Shown: piece by piece, positions 25,051 through 37,530 of the stretch
How positions within the stretch are numbered: the stretch's first letter is position 1
Layout: every line of letters starts with the position of its first letter
Origin: Lama guanicoe
Lineage: Eukaryota
Assembly (NCBI GenBank): GCA_013239625.1
Contig: MU053504.1
Coordinates: 124,001 to 186,000, forward strand
Direction of reading: 5' to 3'
Length of the DNA stretch: 62,000 nt
Program-made: the position numbers and the translations under genes
Notes under the pieces: generated by a model
What the model was told of the DNA's origin: nothing
Database searches by the model: none
The model's input: the letters and a program-made list of their open reading frames with translations, nothing else

Positions 25051-25959
25051 GCTGTCACTGGTGTCCTCCATGCACCAGGCTCTGGGCGGAGCATTTACCT
25101 GGATGAGTGCAGTTTCAGAACTGGAGCAATCTGACAATTCACATATAGTTGTCCCTATTTAATAGGAACATTAGTACCTTTTACAGCTGGGGAATCTGAG
25201 GTGTGGAGAGGTCAATGACTTGCCCGACCTTGCAGATGAAGTAAGTGGAGGCTCTGGAATTTGAATTCTGCCCTGACTTCTCAATTCTCATTGCAAGGTG
25301 TTGTCCTTGGGTGCTTCCAGGAGGATATAATAGCAGAATCTTAGGGTTGGAAGGGGCCTCCCTGACATTTGACCAGTGGGGACACAGACCCAGGGAGGTA
25401 ATCAGCTATGCCTCAGTTCCTCTCTGTGCCTGTTGTGTGTAGGGTGTTACCCACCCATTATTCATGCATTCAGTGTACAGCGTTGGGCATCTGTGGGTCA
25501 GCCCTCCAACCCAGGGCACTTGGGTGAAGGAGGCAGACATGGTACACGGGGGTCTATGCGGCCATGGATGATGTACAGGGGACTGGGCGAGGTGACTGAT
25601 GCATGTAGGGTGCATTTAAGGGCTTGGAGGTAGGAGAATTTGTGTTGCTTTTACAGAATTGATCAAAACCCAGCAAGTCTGGACTGATGACATAGTGCGG
25701 GGAAGGTATGGCCAGAAGTGAGGTGGAGAGTGGAAGATTGGCCTGGGAAATGTGGTCAAGCTCTGGACTTGAAACACAACCACAACGCTGTTCAGGGCAG
25801 GGCTACTTTCTGCAGGAGACCTCTGCTCTCCATGGCCATGAATTCTCCAGATTTTCCTCTCACCTCCCTGACTACCCTGTGGCCTCCAGCCCCTAAGGTG
25901 GCCCCCAAGGTCCTCTTCTCCTGAGATTCACATCAACTCTGAATTATAAAAAAGCTGAC

Positions 25960-26350
25960 CTGTGTAACCAGTACACAGGAATTCTGTGGAAATGGTGGAA
26001 TGTGACTTCTAAGGCTAGGTCATGAGATGTGCTGCAGCTTCTGCCTTGGTCCTTGGGCTTGGCCACTCTGGGGAAGCCAGCAGCCATGCTGTGAAGTCAC
26101 TCAAGCAGCCTGTGGAAAGGCCCACATGCAAAGGAACTGAAGTCCCACCTTCAGTTGTCACCATCTTGCCAGTCATATGAATGAGCCACTTTGGAAGTGG
26201 ATTTTCCAGTCCCAGTCAAGCCTTCAGATGAGTACAGCCCCAGCACCAGCCAGCCATATTTGTCCCAAACTCCTGACCCAGAGAAATCATGAAACCTATT
26301 AAATTACTGTTCTTGTTATGGGCTACTGAGTTTTGTAATGCAGCATCAAA
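25960..26350 (+). mobile_element. MaLR MLT1F/G-like LTR
   Basis: gtgacttctaaggctaggtcat...gaagtggattttccagtcccagtcaagccttcagatgag...aactcctgacccagagaaatcatga. Confidence 0.7.
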
Positions 26351-27484
26351 TAATGAGGGCTTCTCCACACCCCTTCTTGGCTCCTTCTGTTGCCCTGGTA
26401 GCTTTCTATAAATTGTTCATTCATTCATTCATACTTATTGAACACCTACTGTGAACCAAGCACTGGAGATAAGGATTACTATAGGCCAGGCCCCTGTCCT
26501 CAGAGCTCCAAGATTCAGGCCTCCTTTTCCACTATGGTTTTCTAAATTCACCTGCAATAATTCACAGGTTGTTCGGGCAAATGTCTCTGAGTGACTCTTA
26601 ACCTTTTGGGAGATTTAACCCCTTTTGAGAGTCTGATGAAAACCAAAGGCCAGAAAAGGTCAGCTACACACAGAATTAAATTGGGGTGCATGTTCAAAGG
26701 GATCCCAGGCCATCCAAAACTGCACCTTAGGCCCTCAGACTCCAGAGTTCCCAGTGGAATGAGCTGATGCTCGCTTAAGCGGATGACGCAGCCCGTGCTG
26801 ACTGCAGTGGGCTGTCGGCTTGGTCCAGGCTGAGTGCAAGTGGCCTGGGCTGGCTTCTCCTCCTCTCTATCTGTGCCCTCTGTCGGCTGCCCTTCAGAGA
26901 GGCTGGTGGGCCTGGGGCTGCCAAGTAGGTCAGTTTAAGAGGAAGAGGGTGAACATACCCATTTGATTGTGTACAAGCCGGCTTCTCCCGCGGGGCTGGT
27001 CCTTCTGCTGAAGCTGATACTGGGCTGAGGATGGAGGCTGGAGAGTGTGGAGGCTCAGAAGGCAGCAGCCTCTGGGGTGGACTGTGGGCTCCAGCCCTGC
27101 ATCGGGGCTTTACCAGCCCTGTGCGCTGGGGGACATACTTCACCTTCTGACTTGGGCTTTTCCACCTTTGGACAGGGGACAAGGCCCCCTGAGGGTGGCT
27201 GTGGGGTAGAAACAAGCCCTTCAGGCCAGGCACACAGGGGGCTTCTCACCTGGCAGGCCCTCTGGTTCTTCTGCCCTCAACCTCCCTTCTCTGGTTTGTT
27301 TCCAAGAAGCTAATGTCTTCTGGTGTGGTGGTCAGGGCCGTCCCAAGAGCCTGGTGTGCAATTCAGGAAGCAGCTCCATGCCAGGCAGTGGGGGGTGTCG
27401 GGGTGGGGAGGGGGGAAGAGGGGCGGGGCAGAGGGCAGCCTCCCTCTCCCAGGCCCCCAAGGAGGGGCCTCCTGCTCTCCTGAA

Positions 27485-27665
27485 CGTTTCCTTCTCCCTC
27501 CTTCTCACCTCTTTCCACTTTATTCTTCTTCCGCCTTGTCTCTCTTTGCATCTTTCTCTTTCCTTCCTTTTCTCATTTTCTCTTCCCTCTCCTTCTTTCT
27601 GCCTTTCTTTTGTCCAGTCGTTCTTCTCCTCCCCCTCCCTCCCAGCTTCCCTCCTCTTCATCTTC
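27485..27665. repeat. Polypyrimidine (CT-rich) tract
   Basis: About 180 nt of nearly pure C/T on the plus strand. Confidence 0.85.
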
Positions 27666-29683
27666 ATGGTGATGAAGAGCATGGACTCTGGCTGCCTTAG
27701 GTTCAGATCCCAGCTCTGCCACATACTGGCTGTGTGACCTTGAGCAACTTACTTAATCTCTCTGTGCTTTGGTTTCCTGAACTGTTAAATGGGGTGCTGA
27801 CTAATGGGCATCACTCTTGAGGTTGTTATGAGGAGTAACTGAGACCAAAGCCTGGTCCACTGGGTGCTCAGTGAGGGTCAGGGATTCCCCTTAATCTCCT
27901 TCCCTCCCCTCCTCTTCTCACTGTTCATGGGCTCCCTTCTTCCCTGGCCTCCAGGCCCTGCGCTTCCACCCTTGCCCCTTCTCTGCCCGAATCTCGGACG
28001 TGCCTCCTGCCCCTGCCTTTGCGGCTGCCCCATCCTTTCCGGCTCAGAGAGGCAGGGAGCGCAGGCTTGGGGCCAGGCTGCCCCGGGAGCAGTTGCAGAG
28101 CCAGGTGGTTGGAGCTCTTTCCTGGCCCCGCCCATGACGTGAGGAGCTGCCTTTGTGCCGCAGGGTGACAGCCTCTCTAAGCGCCTCGCTTGGCAGAACC
28201 GTGCATCTGGCCTGGGTACAGCTGAAACGCTCAGCCTGGGAGGCAGCAGCCTCAGAAGGCTGGGTGCTTCGAGGCAACCTTGTCATCCACCTGCTGGACT
28301 GCCAGCCCCACTGGGACTCTGGATGTCCAGCCCGGTGCCCACCACACAGCAGGAGTTCCATCAATGGGCAGGCACAGAGAGTGACACCAGCTAAGGTTTC
28401 TGGAGTCCTTGCTTTGGGCCAGTCGCTGTTCTAAATGCAGATTCCTTGCATCATCACAGCAACCCTATGCCATAGGGATTGTCTCATCCCATTTTAGAGA
28501 TGAGCAGATTGAGCCACAAAAAAGTGTAGGAAACTGCGCCAGGTTGAACCAGTGAATGAGATGACAACCTTGGGAGGGAAGGCGTTTTCCCAAGGGGGAG
28601 ACCAAGATGAGTGACTGAGCCACCATCACACAGGTGGTGAGTGGGAAAAATTAGGACTTGAACCCTGGAATCCAGCACTACTTCTCACCTTCCTGTAGCC
28701 ACTGTCAGGACAGGGTAGCTGGCGCTCAGACACAACTCCCTCTCCATGCTGGGGCCTGGGCCAGGACAGTTCAGCCCTTACTACAGTTCTTTGAAAGTAT
28801 TGTCCCTATTTTCCAGATGAGGCACCTGAGGCCCAGAGAAGGCAAGCAACATGCCCAAAGTCACACAGCCAGTAGGTGTGACTCTGAAGTCTCACCTTCT
28901 CTCTCCCAGGGGGGAGGCTGGGATGAGAGGACAAAGAAAGAGGGCCATGCCCGACACCAGCCCCTCCATTCTATTTTTGCTGCCAAGGCTGGATCTCAGT
29001 GCCCCTCCACCCACCATTTTCAGAAAGGCTTGGAAGCCAGGCCTGGCTAAGGATCATTGTGTTCATCTTTTTTCCCTCCCTTCCCTTCTCTCTCGTCCCT
29101 CCCTTCCTTCCTTCCTTTTTCCTTCCTTTCCACCTTTTTAGTAAGGTATAAAATTCACACACTAAAGTACAGAGAGCACACATTACGTTCCATTAAATGA
29201 ATGTTTACATGTACTTACATAACACCTGTGTGACTACCATCCAGATCAAGTTATAGAACATTTCCATCACCCAACAGGCTCCCTCCTGCCCAACCCCCAC
29301 CACTATTCTAATTTTTCCACCATAAATTTTGCTTGGTCTCAAAATTCATACAAGTGCAATTGAATTCACTGTGCCCATTTGACAGATTAGGAAAGTACAG
29401 ACCAGAGAGGAAGGCTGGCCTGCTGGCAGCTCATAGCCCAGCACTTGTGCCCACAGTTTGGAGCAGAGACATGAGTGGTGGGCACTGTCTGGTCCTCACT
29501 GGCACCTCATGTTTTATTTGTCTAATCAGAGGAGCTACAACTCCTAGCTCCCTGCTAATAGGATGACCAGACACCTGATACTGCCCATCCAGAGGGTCTC
29601 GCCCGAATCCTGGAGTTTTTGTAATCCAAAATATGCGAGGAGGGTTGTTTCCTTTCAGGATCACCAAAGAGATGCTTGCTGTC

Positions 29684-30141
29684 TGTACTGGATTGAATAA
29701 CATCCCCCCTTCCCCTAAATTCGTGTCCACCCACAACCTCAGAATGTGACCTTACTTAGAAATAGGGTCTTTGCAGATGTAATCAAGTTAAGATGTGGTC
29801 ACAGTGGGGTAGGGCTGACCCTAATCCAATGCCCAGTGTCCTTATAAAAAGAGGGAAATTTTGACACAGACGCAGACATATAGAGAGAACACCCAGGTGA
29901 TAATGGAGGCAGACACTAGAGTGATTTGTCTATAAGCCAAGGGATGCCACAGACTGTGGGCAAGCCCCGGAAGCCAGGAGAGAGGCATGGAACAGATCTT
30001 AAGGGAGCCCCCAGAGGGAACATGGCCCTAATACCTTGATCTCAGACTTCCAGCCTCCAGACCTGGAGACAATACATTTCTGTTGTTTTGAGCCTCTCAG
30101 CTCGTGGTACTTTCTTATAGCAGCCCTAGAAAATGAATACA
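29684..30141 (+). mobile_element. MaLR MLT1C/D-like solo LTR
   Basis: tgtactggattgaataa...aatagggtctttgcagatgtaatcaagttaagatg...cagacttccagcctccag...gcagccctagaaaatgaataca. Confidence 0.85.
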
Positions 30142-31249
30142 GCTTCCAAGCCTGAGGTCTTGGGAGCTGCCACCTTTGACCACAAATCTGAGCAGGGTCC
30201 ATTTCAGGAAAGAAAACCCTAGACACACAAAGAAGATGCCAAGGACTCCGGAGCAAGAGCCTGGAGCTCAGGGCACAAACACTCATCCTATTGGGGTGGA
30301 AGAAAGAAAAATACCTCTCCTCTCAGGTGCTGGCTGTAAAAGCAAGAGCCAAAAGGCATCGCAACAGATGATCTGGTGTATGACATAAACACTTCCGCTC
30401 TCACACAACCACGGAACTAAGTTTGCAGCTGCTACAACAGCTGACCTCTCTGCCAGGTAGAGTCTGCTTTCATCTGGGAATAGCTCCTGGAGGTTTGGTT
30501 ATTCCCATTTTACAGATGTGACATTGGAGGCTCTGAGCCATTAAATGACTGAGGCAGCAGGTTTGATGGCTTTGGGACCTTGTGACTTTGGGTAGGTTAC
30601 TTCCCCTCTCTGAGCTTCCTGCTACTGAACCACAAGTAACAAGATGCAGCACTGATGGAGCTACTTTTCCAGGCATTATCACACTGTATCTTCACATCAT
30701 CCTGGGAGGGAGCGATCACTAACTTTGCCTCACAGTTGAAGACCCTGAGTCTTGAGGGAAGGGATACGCACAGGACATACAAAAAACTGGAAAATGTGAA
30801 AGCAAATCTCATCTTGCAGGGATGTAATGTGATCTGAGTTGAATAAGAGATAAGAATGTGGATGAGCCTGGCACAGAGATGGTGCCTAGTAAAATCTTGC
30901 TTGAGATCTCACAGCTGGTGAGTGGCTGAAGGGGAATTCGCACCCAGATTTGTCACCCTAGAGTCAGCCCTCTAAGCCCCTTCTTCCTAGTGAAGCCCTG
31001 AGGACTGCGCCTGGCACAGAGTAAGTCTTCAAAAAAGGTTAACCCGTTCAAAATATTATTCCCAGAAAGCTGAAAACACAAATCTTGTGCAAATATATAG
31101 TAAGCACACATCAAAGGCTTATTTAACTCATTAATGAGGGAACCAGCAGGATGGTAGAACTGGTTCAATGGTGGACAAGATGGCCAGGGGTTAGGTACAA
31201 AACTGGGGAATGTCTTCTCTTTCTTTAATCATTTTTTAAATAGTACATT

Positions 31250-31455
31250 CTCTTTCTTTTTTTTTCTTTCTTTTTTGGGGGGGTAATTAGGTTTATTTAT
31301 TTACTTTTACTTAAAAAATCATTTAAAAATAATATACCCACTTTCTTTTTTGGGGGAGGGTAATTAGGTTTATTTATGGACATACTGGGGATTGAACCAA
31401 GAACCTTGTGCATTCCAGGCACACACTCTTAACACTGAGCTATACCCTCCCCTCC
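31250..31455 (-). mobile_element. Camelid SINE with a duplicated 3' tail
   Basis: Reverse head ctggggattgaaccaagaacc...ctgagctataccctccc. The tail motif GGGTAATTAGGTTTATTTAT occurs twice (about 31281 and 31358). Confidence 0.85.
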
Positions 31456-32389
31456 CCCATGAATATCTTACAGGGCAACAAAACCACAAGCTTTTGTGTT
31501 ATTTTTACTATAGGACAGAAATCATTTGCAACTGTGCATCTTTTACAAGATAAGGTGTAACTTCACTGAATAGGGACTCTGATCAATAATAAACAGCAAA
31601 GTCAAACAAAGGTGTATCGCCTAGAGAATCAGGTGACCCTGGCCCGCTGATCAGACAGTGCTTAGGATGACATTGAAAGGATACTCAGTCTTTTGTCTTG
31701 TTTCCATGTTTTGGATATTTTTGCTTTACAGCTGCTGCTGCTGCTGTTAATATTACTAGTCCACTCCTCTCTGCTGAAAGGCAGCTCAAAGACCTCTTAG
31801 GTTCCCAGAAGCCGGGAAACACAGACCCCACCCCACCCCCCATTCATGCAAGGGCAGACCCTTCTGCCCTACTTGAGCGCTCTGGGAAAAGCACACAGGC
31901 CGGGCAGCAGACCACACCCAGACTGAAATGGGGTCAGGGTGGGAGCCAACCGAGGGGGCCTGCTGTTGTGTTGTTCTGTAAACAACCCCGCCGTGGAAAG
32001 ATCTCTAGCCATTACTTGTCAAGTAAAATAAAGCCGCCCATAGATACTAGGAAGTGCATGATTCCATGTAGGGTAATACACGTGTGCATATGCAGATACA
32101 TCTGAGGATGCATGCAGAGACATCTCTCTGGAGAAATATCCCCCAAACTGACAGTCACGGGGGAGGTGAGGATGAAGGGGGAACAGTCCTGTGAAACCCT
32201 CTGCGTTCTCTAAATTGGTTCCCTCCAACCTGTTTTCCCGTGTTGCTTGTATCCTCTTTAAAGTATATTCATGCATGTACGTATACAGGTTAGAAGGTCT
32301 TCTTGGGGAACTAGAAATGGGGAGGGGGGCCTCTCCCACCGATGGTTCCCTTCTGAACCCTTTGGCTTCTCATCCTTGTTATTATTTCT

Positions 32390-33020
32390 GACCATGGACG
32401 CACCTCCATTCCCGCCGCCTCTGAGGACAGACCCCAGGCTTGCAGGCGGGCATCGCGGGCGCCCGCTCCCCCGGGTCTCGCGGGGCGGAGCGGAGGGAAG
32501 AGGTGCGGGTTTCGCAGGCAGCCCTCGCCGACTCCGGGCTGGGCCGGGTCCGCAGCTGACGGTGCGGGCGGGGGTGGGGGGCAGGAGCAGATGGACGGGG
32601 CGCCGGGCGGCTCGGGGTCCCCCGGTCCCGTCCAGGTGGCTCCGTCCGACTCCGGGCCAGCTGCGGGAACCGGGGAGGGGCGGGCAGCCCGGATGGGGAG
32701 GGGACCCCGTTTTCCATGACAATGCCGAGGCGGCGCGTACAAAGGCGCCGCAATCAGCGTTTTATTGGTTCGAGTTAATTATCTGAGGCGGGGAGGGGGC
32801 GGGCGGGGCGGATGATTCCCTTGTGGGGATGGGGTTGCGGTGGGGAGGGGGGGGTGCTGTGGCGAGACCCGAAGAGGAGGGGCGGTGGGAAAGCGGCTCT
32901 GCCGGGGCTGCGTGGCAAAGCGCCACCGCCCCCTGGTGGGTACTTCATTCATTCGTTCACTCACTCATTCGTTCATTCGTTCACTCATTCGCCCATTTAC
33001 AGTGTTGCTTTGCGGAGCAT
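32390..33020. promoter_or_regulatory. Second orphan CpG island
   Basis: Dense CpG and GC boxes around an AT-richer core (32709-32783) carrying ACAATG, ACAAAGG, TTTATTGG and TAATTA. Confidence 0.8.
32922..32941 (-). promoter_or_regulatory. CTCF binding motif
   Basis: The minus strand reads CCACCAGGGGGCGG (32939-32926), a 13/14 match to the CTCF core CCACCAGGGGGCGC. Confidence 0.75.
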
Positions 33021-33619
33021 TGCATGAGTTAGTCCACTTAAGTGCTGAGAACAAGGCCTGGCTAGTGGGTCACATTTTTTAAATGCCGCTTCCTGGGCTG
33101 GGCCCTTCTGGGCAACCCTCTCACCAGCGAAAGGCTCTCTGGTGCTGCAGGCCGACTTCTATACTGACAATTATAACCCATACTGGCAAATGCTAGAGGA
33201 AGGGCAGCATCAGGGCGTGGGCCCAGCGGAGGCCCTTCGGCAGAGGAGGCCCAGCCTGAGACAAGACTTGAGAGGCAAGTGGAAATTAGCCAGATGAGGG
33301 ACGTGGAGGAGGCAAGCTTTGCGGGAAAAGGGTTCAGCAGGTGCAAAGGGTTGTGGTAAGATCAGTAAGATACACCTGGGAAAAGCGGCTTGTTGGGGAG
33401 GAGCCTGGAACTTACCTTGCAAGGGAGTGGAATCAGCAATGGGGTGGAGACGCGGGCTGGGGTCAGATGAAAGCGTAGGCTGTGGGTAGGGTGTCGTGGA
33501 AGTACCTGTACCTTCATTTCCAGTTTAGCATTCTCTTCTTTAGGTTTGGAGAGAATGTGACTGTCTCCACCTAAATTGGTCACATGTGGGCTCAGGCCTT
33601 ATCATCCCCCCCCCACCCT

Positions 33620-34135
33620 ATAACCTTTAGGTTTTTGCCCAAAAGACAAAGAAATACATGTCCCCACGAGGACTTGCACACAAATGTTCATGACAGTTTC
33701 ATTTGTAACAGACAATAACTGGGGCAGCTTGGTGTCCGTCAACCAGGGAATGGTAAGCAAACTGGCTAACCCACATCGTGGGATGCTACACTGCAGTGCA
33801 CATGAGTGAACTAATGATACATGCAACAACCTGGAAGAATCTCAACGCATGCTGAGCAAAATCAAACTGGACACAAAAAGTAACCTGCTGTAATGATGCC
33901 ATTGGTAAGAAATTCTAGAACAGGCGAAATAAATGAATCTATGGTGATAGAAACCAGATCGGTGGCTTCCTCTGGGGGTGGAGGGTTTGACTGGGTAGGG
34001 GCAGGAAAGAATTCTTGGGGTGCTGGAAATGTTTTGGATCATGATTGGGTGTTGGTTACATGTATGCATTTCACATCAATATGTTTTAAAAAACAAGGTG
34101 CATAACAATGTGTAAATTATGCTTAAAAGGAAAAG
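33620..34135 (+). mobile_element. Old L1 (L1ME/MB-like) 3' end
   Basis: gaaatacatgtccccacgaggacttgcacacaaatgttcat...aacctggaagaatctcaacgcatgctgagc...tgctggaaatgttttggatcatgattggg. Confidence 0.7.
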
Positions 34136-34245
34136 AACTTTGCTTATATCTGCATAGATTCTCTCTGGGAGAGGCTGGTAACAGTGGTTGCCTACAGGAG
34201 GGGTCCTGGGTGGCTGGGGGCTGGGGAAGAGGGAGACTTTTTGCT

Positions 34246-34335
34246 ATAGAGCACGTGCCTAGCTTACATGAGATCCTGGGTTCAATCCCCAGTACCGCCA
34301 TTAAAAAACAAATAATAAAATAAAATTTAAAAACA
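34246..34335 (+). mobile_element. 5'-truncated camelid SINE
   Basis: tagagcacgtgcctagcttacatgagatcctgggttcaatccccagtacc followed by an A-rich tail. Confidence 0.8.
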
Positions 34336-35039
34336 AATAATTTTTAAAAAGGTATAGGTGAATGTACTACCTAAATACGAACGAAAAATGAAGAGATCAG
34401 TTACATGCAAATTTGATATCGACATGCCCCTGCCTTAAATCCTTTAGTGGCTCCCCAGCATCATTTTAGGGCAAAGTTTAGACCCTGAGGTCTTCCTGCT
34501 TTATCCAGCCCCATCCAGGCGGCATCAGGCAGCATCTGCTCCAGGTACTTGCCATCTACCTGCAGACAGCTCAGCGCCCCGGCTCGCTCAGTCCTGTGTA
34601 CCTACGCTGTTTCCTCATCCAGTTTTTCCTTTGAGGCTCAGCTGCTTGGTGAAGTTCTCACCAATCTCCAGTCTGCGTGGGTTCCTCTGGCCACTATGGC
34701 CCTGCTATACTTGGTCTTCCCCTCTTCCTCATCTGTCCAGACTACCATGCACACTGTGCTCACTGAGAACTGGATCCCAGGGCTCCCAGAGATGGATGGG
34801 AGCCATCTCTGGGGACCAACCCACTTCCCTGTCTATTCCCCTCTAGGCAGCAGGCTTCTCCTGCCAGAGACTCCATCAGGGTCCCTTCTCCCCAGGCCCA
34901 GCTCTGGCCTGGGGCAGAGGCCTTGATAAAATGTGTTGTTTTAAAATTAATTGATGGCTGTGTAAAGAACACATCCCATGACAAAGCCAACAGGGCCCTG
35001 CTGTCTTAGGACACATAGAGAAAACACACTTCTTGGGAT

Positions 35040-35438
35040 TGTGTGATCTTGAGTCCTGACCCCTGGCACCTGTGAGTATGACCTTTTTTAGGAATAGGGT
35101 CTGTGCAGATGTAATTAAGTATGAGGTCATTCAGTGACTAGTGTCCTTATAAGAAGAGAGAAGTTTGGCACAGACACAGACACAAGAAGGGAGAAGACTA
35201 TGTGATGACAGAGGCTGAGATTGGAGTGATGTGCCTACAAGCCAAGGAACACCAGGGATTATGGGCAACCCCCCAAAAGCGAGGAAGCGTCCTTCCCTAG
35301 AGCTTTTGGAGAGAGCATGGCCTTGCTGACACCATGATATCAGACTTCTAGCCTTCAGAACTGTGAGAGAATAAATTTCTGTTGCCTTAAACCATCCTAT
35401 TTGTGGTCATTTCTTACTTCAACCCTGGAAAATTAACA
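35040..35438 (+). mobile_element. MaLR MLT1B/C-like LTR
   Basis: ggaatagggtctgtgcagatgtaattaag...cagacttctagccttcagaactgtgagagaataaatttctgttg. Confidence 0.82.
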
Positions 35439-36494
35439 TTTACAGGAACCAGTCAATGTCTAAGACAGTTCTAGTTAGTGACTTTGGAAAAATAAAACAA
35501 AACAACATGTAAACAGGGCCTGTGGTAGAGAGTGACAGCCAGGGTGGTCAGGGAAGGCTTCTTGGAGGAAGTGATGTTTCAAGATGAGGACTCTGCCACT
35601 GTGAGGATCAGGCAGAGGAGCTGGGGACAGGGGGCAGGTTTGGCAGTTTTGAAGACTACTGGCTGCAGCCCTGACAATGGAGGACATCTTGCTGGGGTCT
35701 TTGGGGAAGTCCCCAGAAGTGAACCACGAAGGGACTGTCCTCTCTTTGCCTCTGCAGGTCCTAGAATCTGCTGCATTGCTGGTGCGGGTCACCCCTGGCC
35801 TGGGCCGGCTGGCAGTCGATGGAGGAGGCCAGCCTCACAGCTGACACTGTGCGGTAATTGTGATTAACTACCAGGTCCTCATCTCTGCTCGGGCCTGAGG
35901 CTGTGGGTGTGACAGCTGCAGAGTGAAGCAATGAGGCCAGGAAGGGGTTAATGGGCTGCCCCTCCATCTGAGCCCTTCAGACAATGAGAAGAGGTGGGGA
36001 GGCCTCTGGTGGGGCTGTGTGGCATCAGCTGGGGTTGAGTGAAAGGAGGGGACAGAGGCCTTGTCACCAGGGAAAGGGCATGAGTGCTCTGTAGGGAAAG
36101 GGGTCACAAACCTCCCCCCTGCTATTATTTTCATCCATCCCCAGCATCCTCTCCTCTCCCCCGCCCACCGAGCACCTCCCAGACAACTACCCTCCAAAGT
36201 GGGCAGCATCTTCAGCCTCACGGAATTCTGAAGCAGAGTCTGAGAGCCAAAGAATGGGAGAATCATGAAATGTCACTGCTTTCAGGAAGCTCATCTATTC
36301 CTGTTATTTTCCCAACTTATTTGCTTAATTATTAGCAGTGGAACCCAGAACCCCCACCCACCTCACTTTCTTCCAAAATAATAAATAATGCGTTGATTAC
36401 ATTGAGAATGGTCTCAGCATTGAGCCTGCTTCATTCATCCCATTCTGCCACTTACAGCTGGGGCTCCTTGGGGGAGGCACAACAAATGTCCAAG

Positions 36495-37530
36495 TCATGC
36501 AACTGCCACCACAATTGATATATAGAACATTTCCATCGCCCTCAAATTTCCCTCATGCCCTCTGTAGTCAATCTCTTTCCCCCATCCCTGGTGTAGTAGG
36601 TTGAATAAGGTACCCCCAAAGATACCAAGTTCTAATCCTGAATTTTGTAAATGTTACCTTATTTGGAAAAAGGATCTTGGCAGAAGTGATTAAATTCAGG
36701 ATTTTGAATTGAGGATCACCCTGAATTATCCAGGCAGACCCTAACCGCCATCCCAAGTGTCCTAATATGAGAAAAGCAAACATGCAAAGGAGGAGGTGAT
36801 GTGACCATGGAGGCAGAGATTGGAGTGATGTGGCCACAAGCCAAGGAATGCCTGGGGTCACAGAAGCTGGACGGGGCAAGGTCCTCAGGAGCCTTCAGAG
36901 GGAGTGCAGCCCTGCTGACACATTTCAGACTTCTGGCCTTGGAACTATGAGAGAACAAATTTCTGTTCTTTTAAGCCACCCAGTTTGTGGTACTTTGTTA
37001 CAGCATTCCTAGGACTTGAAGACACCTGACAACTATGACTTGTTCTCTGTATAGTTTTGCCTTTGCAAGAGTGTGGGATAAATGACGTTCTACGGGATGT
37101 AGCCTTTGAGTCTGGCTTCTTTCACTCAGCATAATGCATTTGAGATTCATCCACATGGTTCCATTTGTCAGAATTCTGTCCCTTTTTATTGCCGAGTAGT
37201 ATTTCATTGTATGGATATACCACAACTTATTTATTCATTCACAAGTTGAAAGGCATTTGGGTCAGTTCCAATTTTGGGTGATTATAAATAAAGCTACTGT
37301 GAACATGTGCATGCAGGTCTTTGTGTGGACATAAGCTGTCATTTCTTTCAGGTAGATACCTAGGAGTACAATTACTGGGTCATATTATACATGTATTTAT
37401 AATTCTGTAAGATACTGACAGGCTGTTTTCCAGTGGGATGGCACCATTTTGCATTCTCATCAGCACTTATCATTGTCAGGTATTTGTTTTTGTTGTTTGT
37501 TTGTTTAAATTTCGCCTTTTAGTAAGTACA
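36495..37530 (-). mobile_element. L1MB-like 3' end split by the MLT1 LTR
   Basis: ORF 36998-37225 MWYIHTMKYYSAIKRDRILTNGTMWMNLKCIMLSERSQTQ is a remnant of the L1 ORF2 C-terminus. Confidence 0.8.
36592..37024 (+). mobile_element. MaLR MLT1 solo LTR nested in L1
   Basis: tgtagtaggttgaataa...aaca-like termini and a 5-bp near-TSD cctgg/cctga. Confidence 0.85.

Noticed and set aside
32258..32786. Overlapping ORFs in the second CpG island
   Set aside because: GC-driven, with no recognisable protein.
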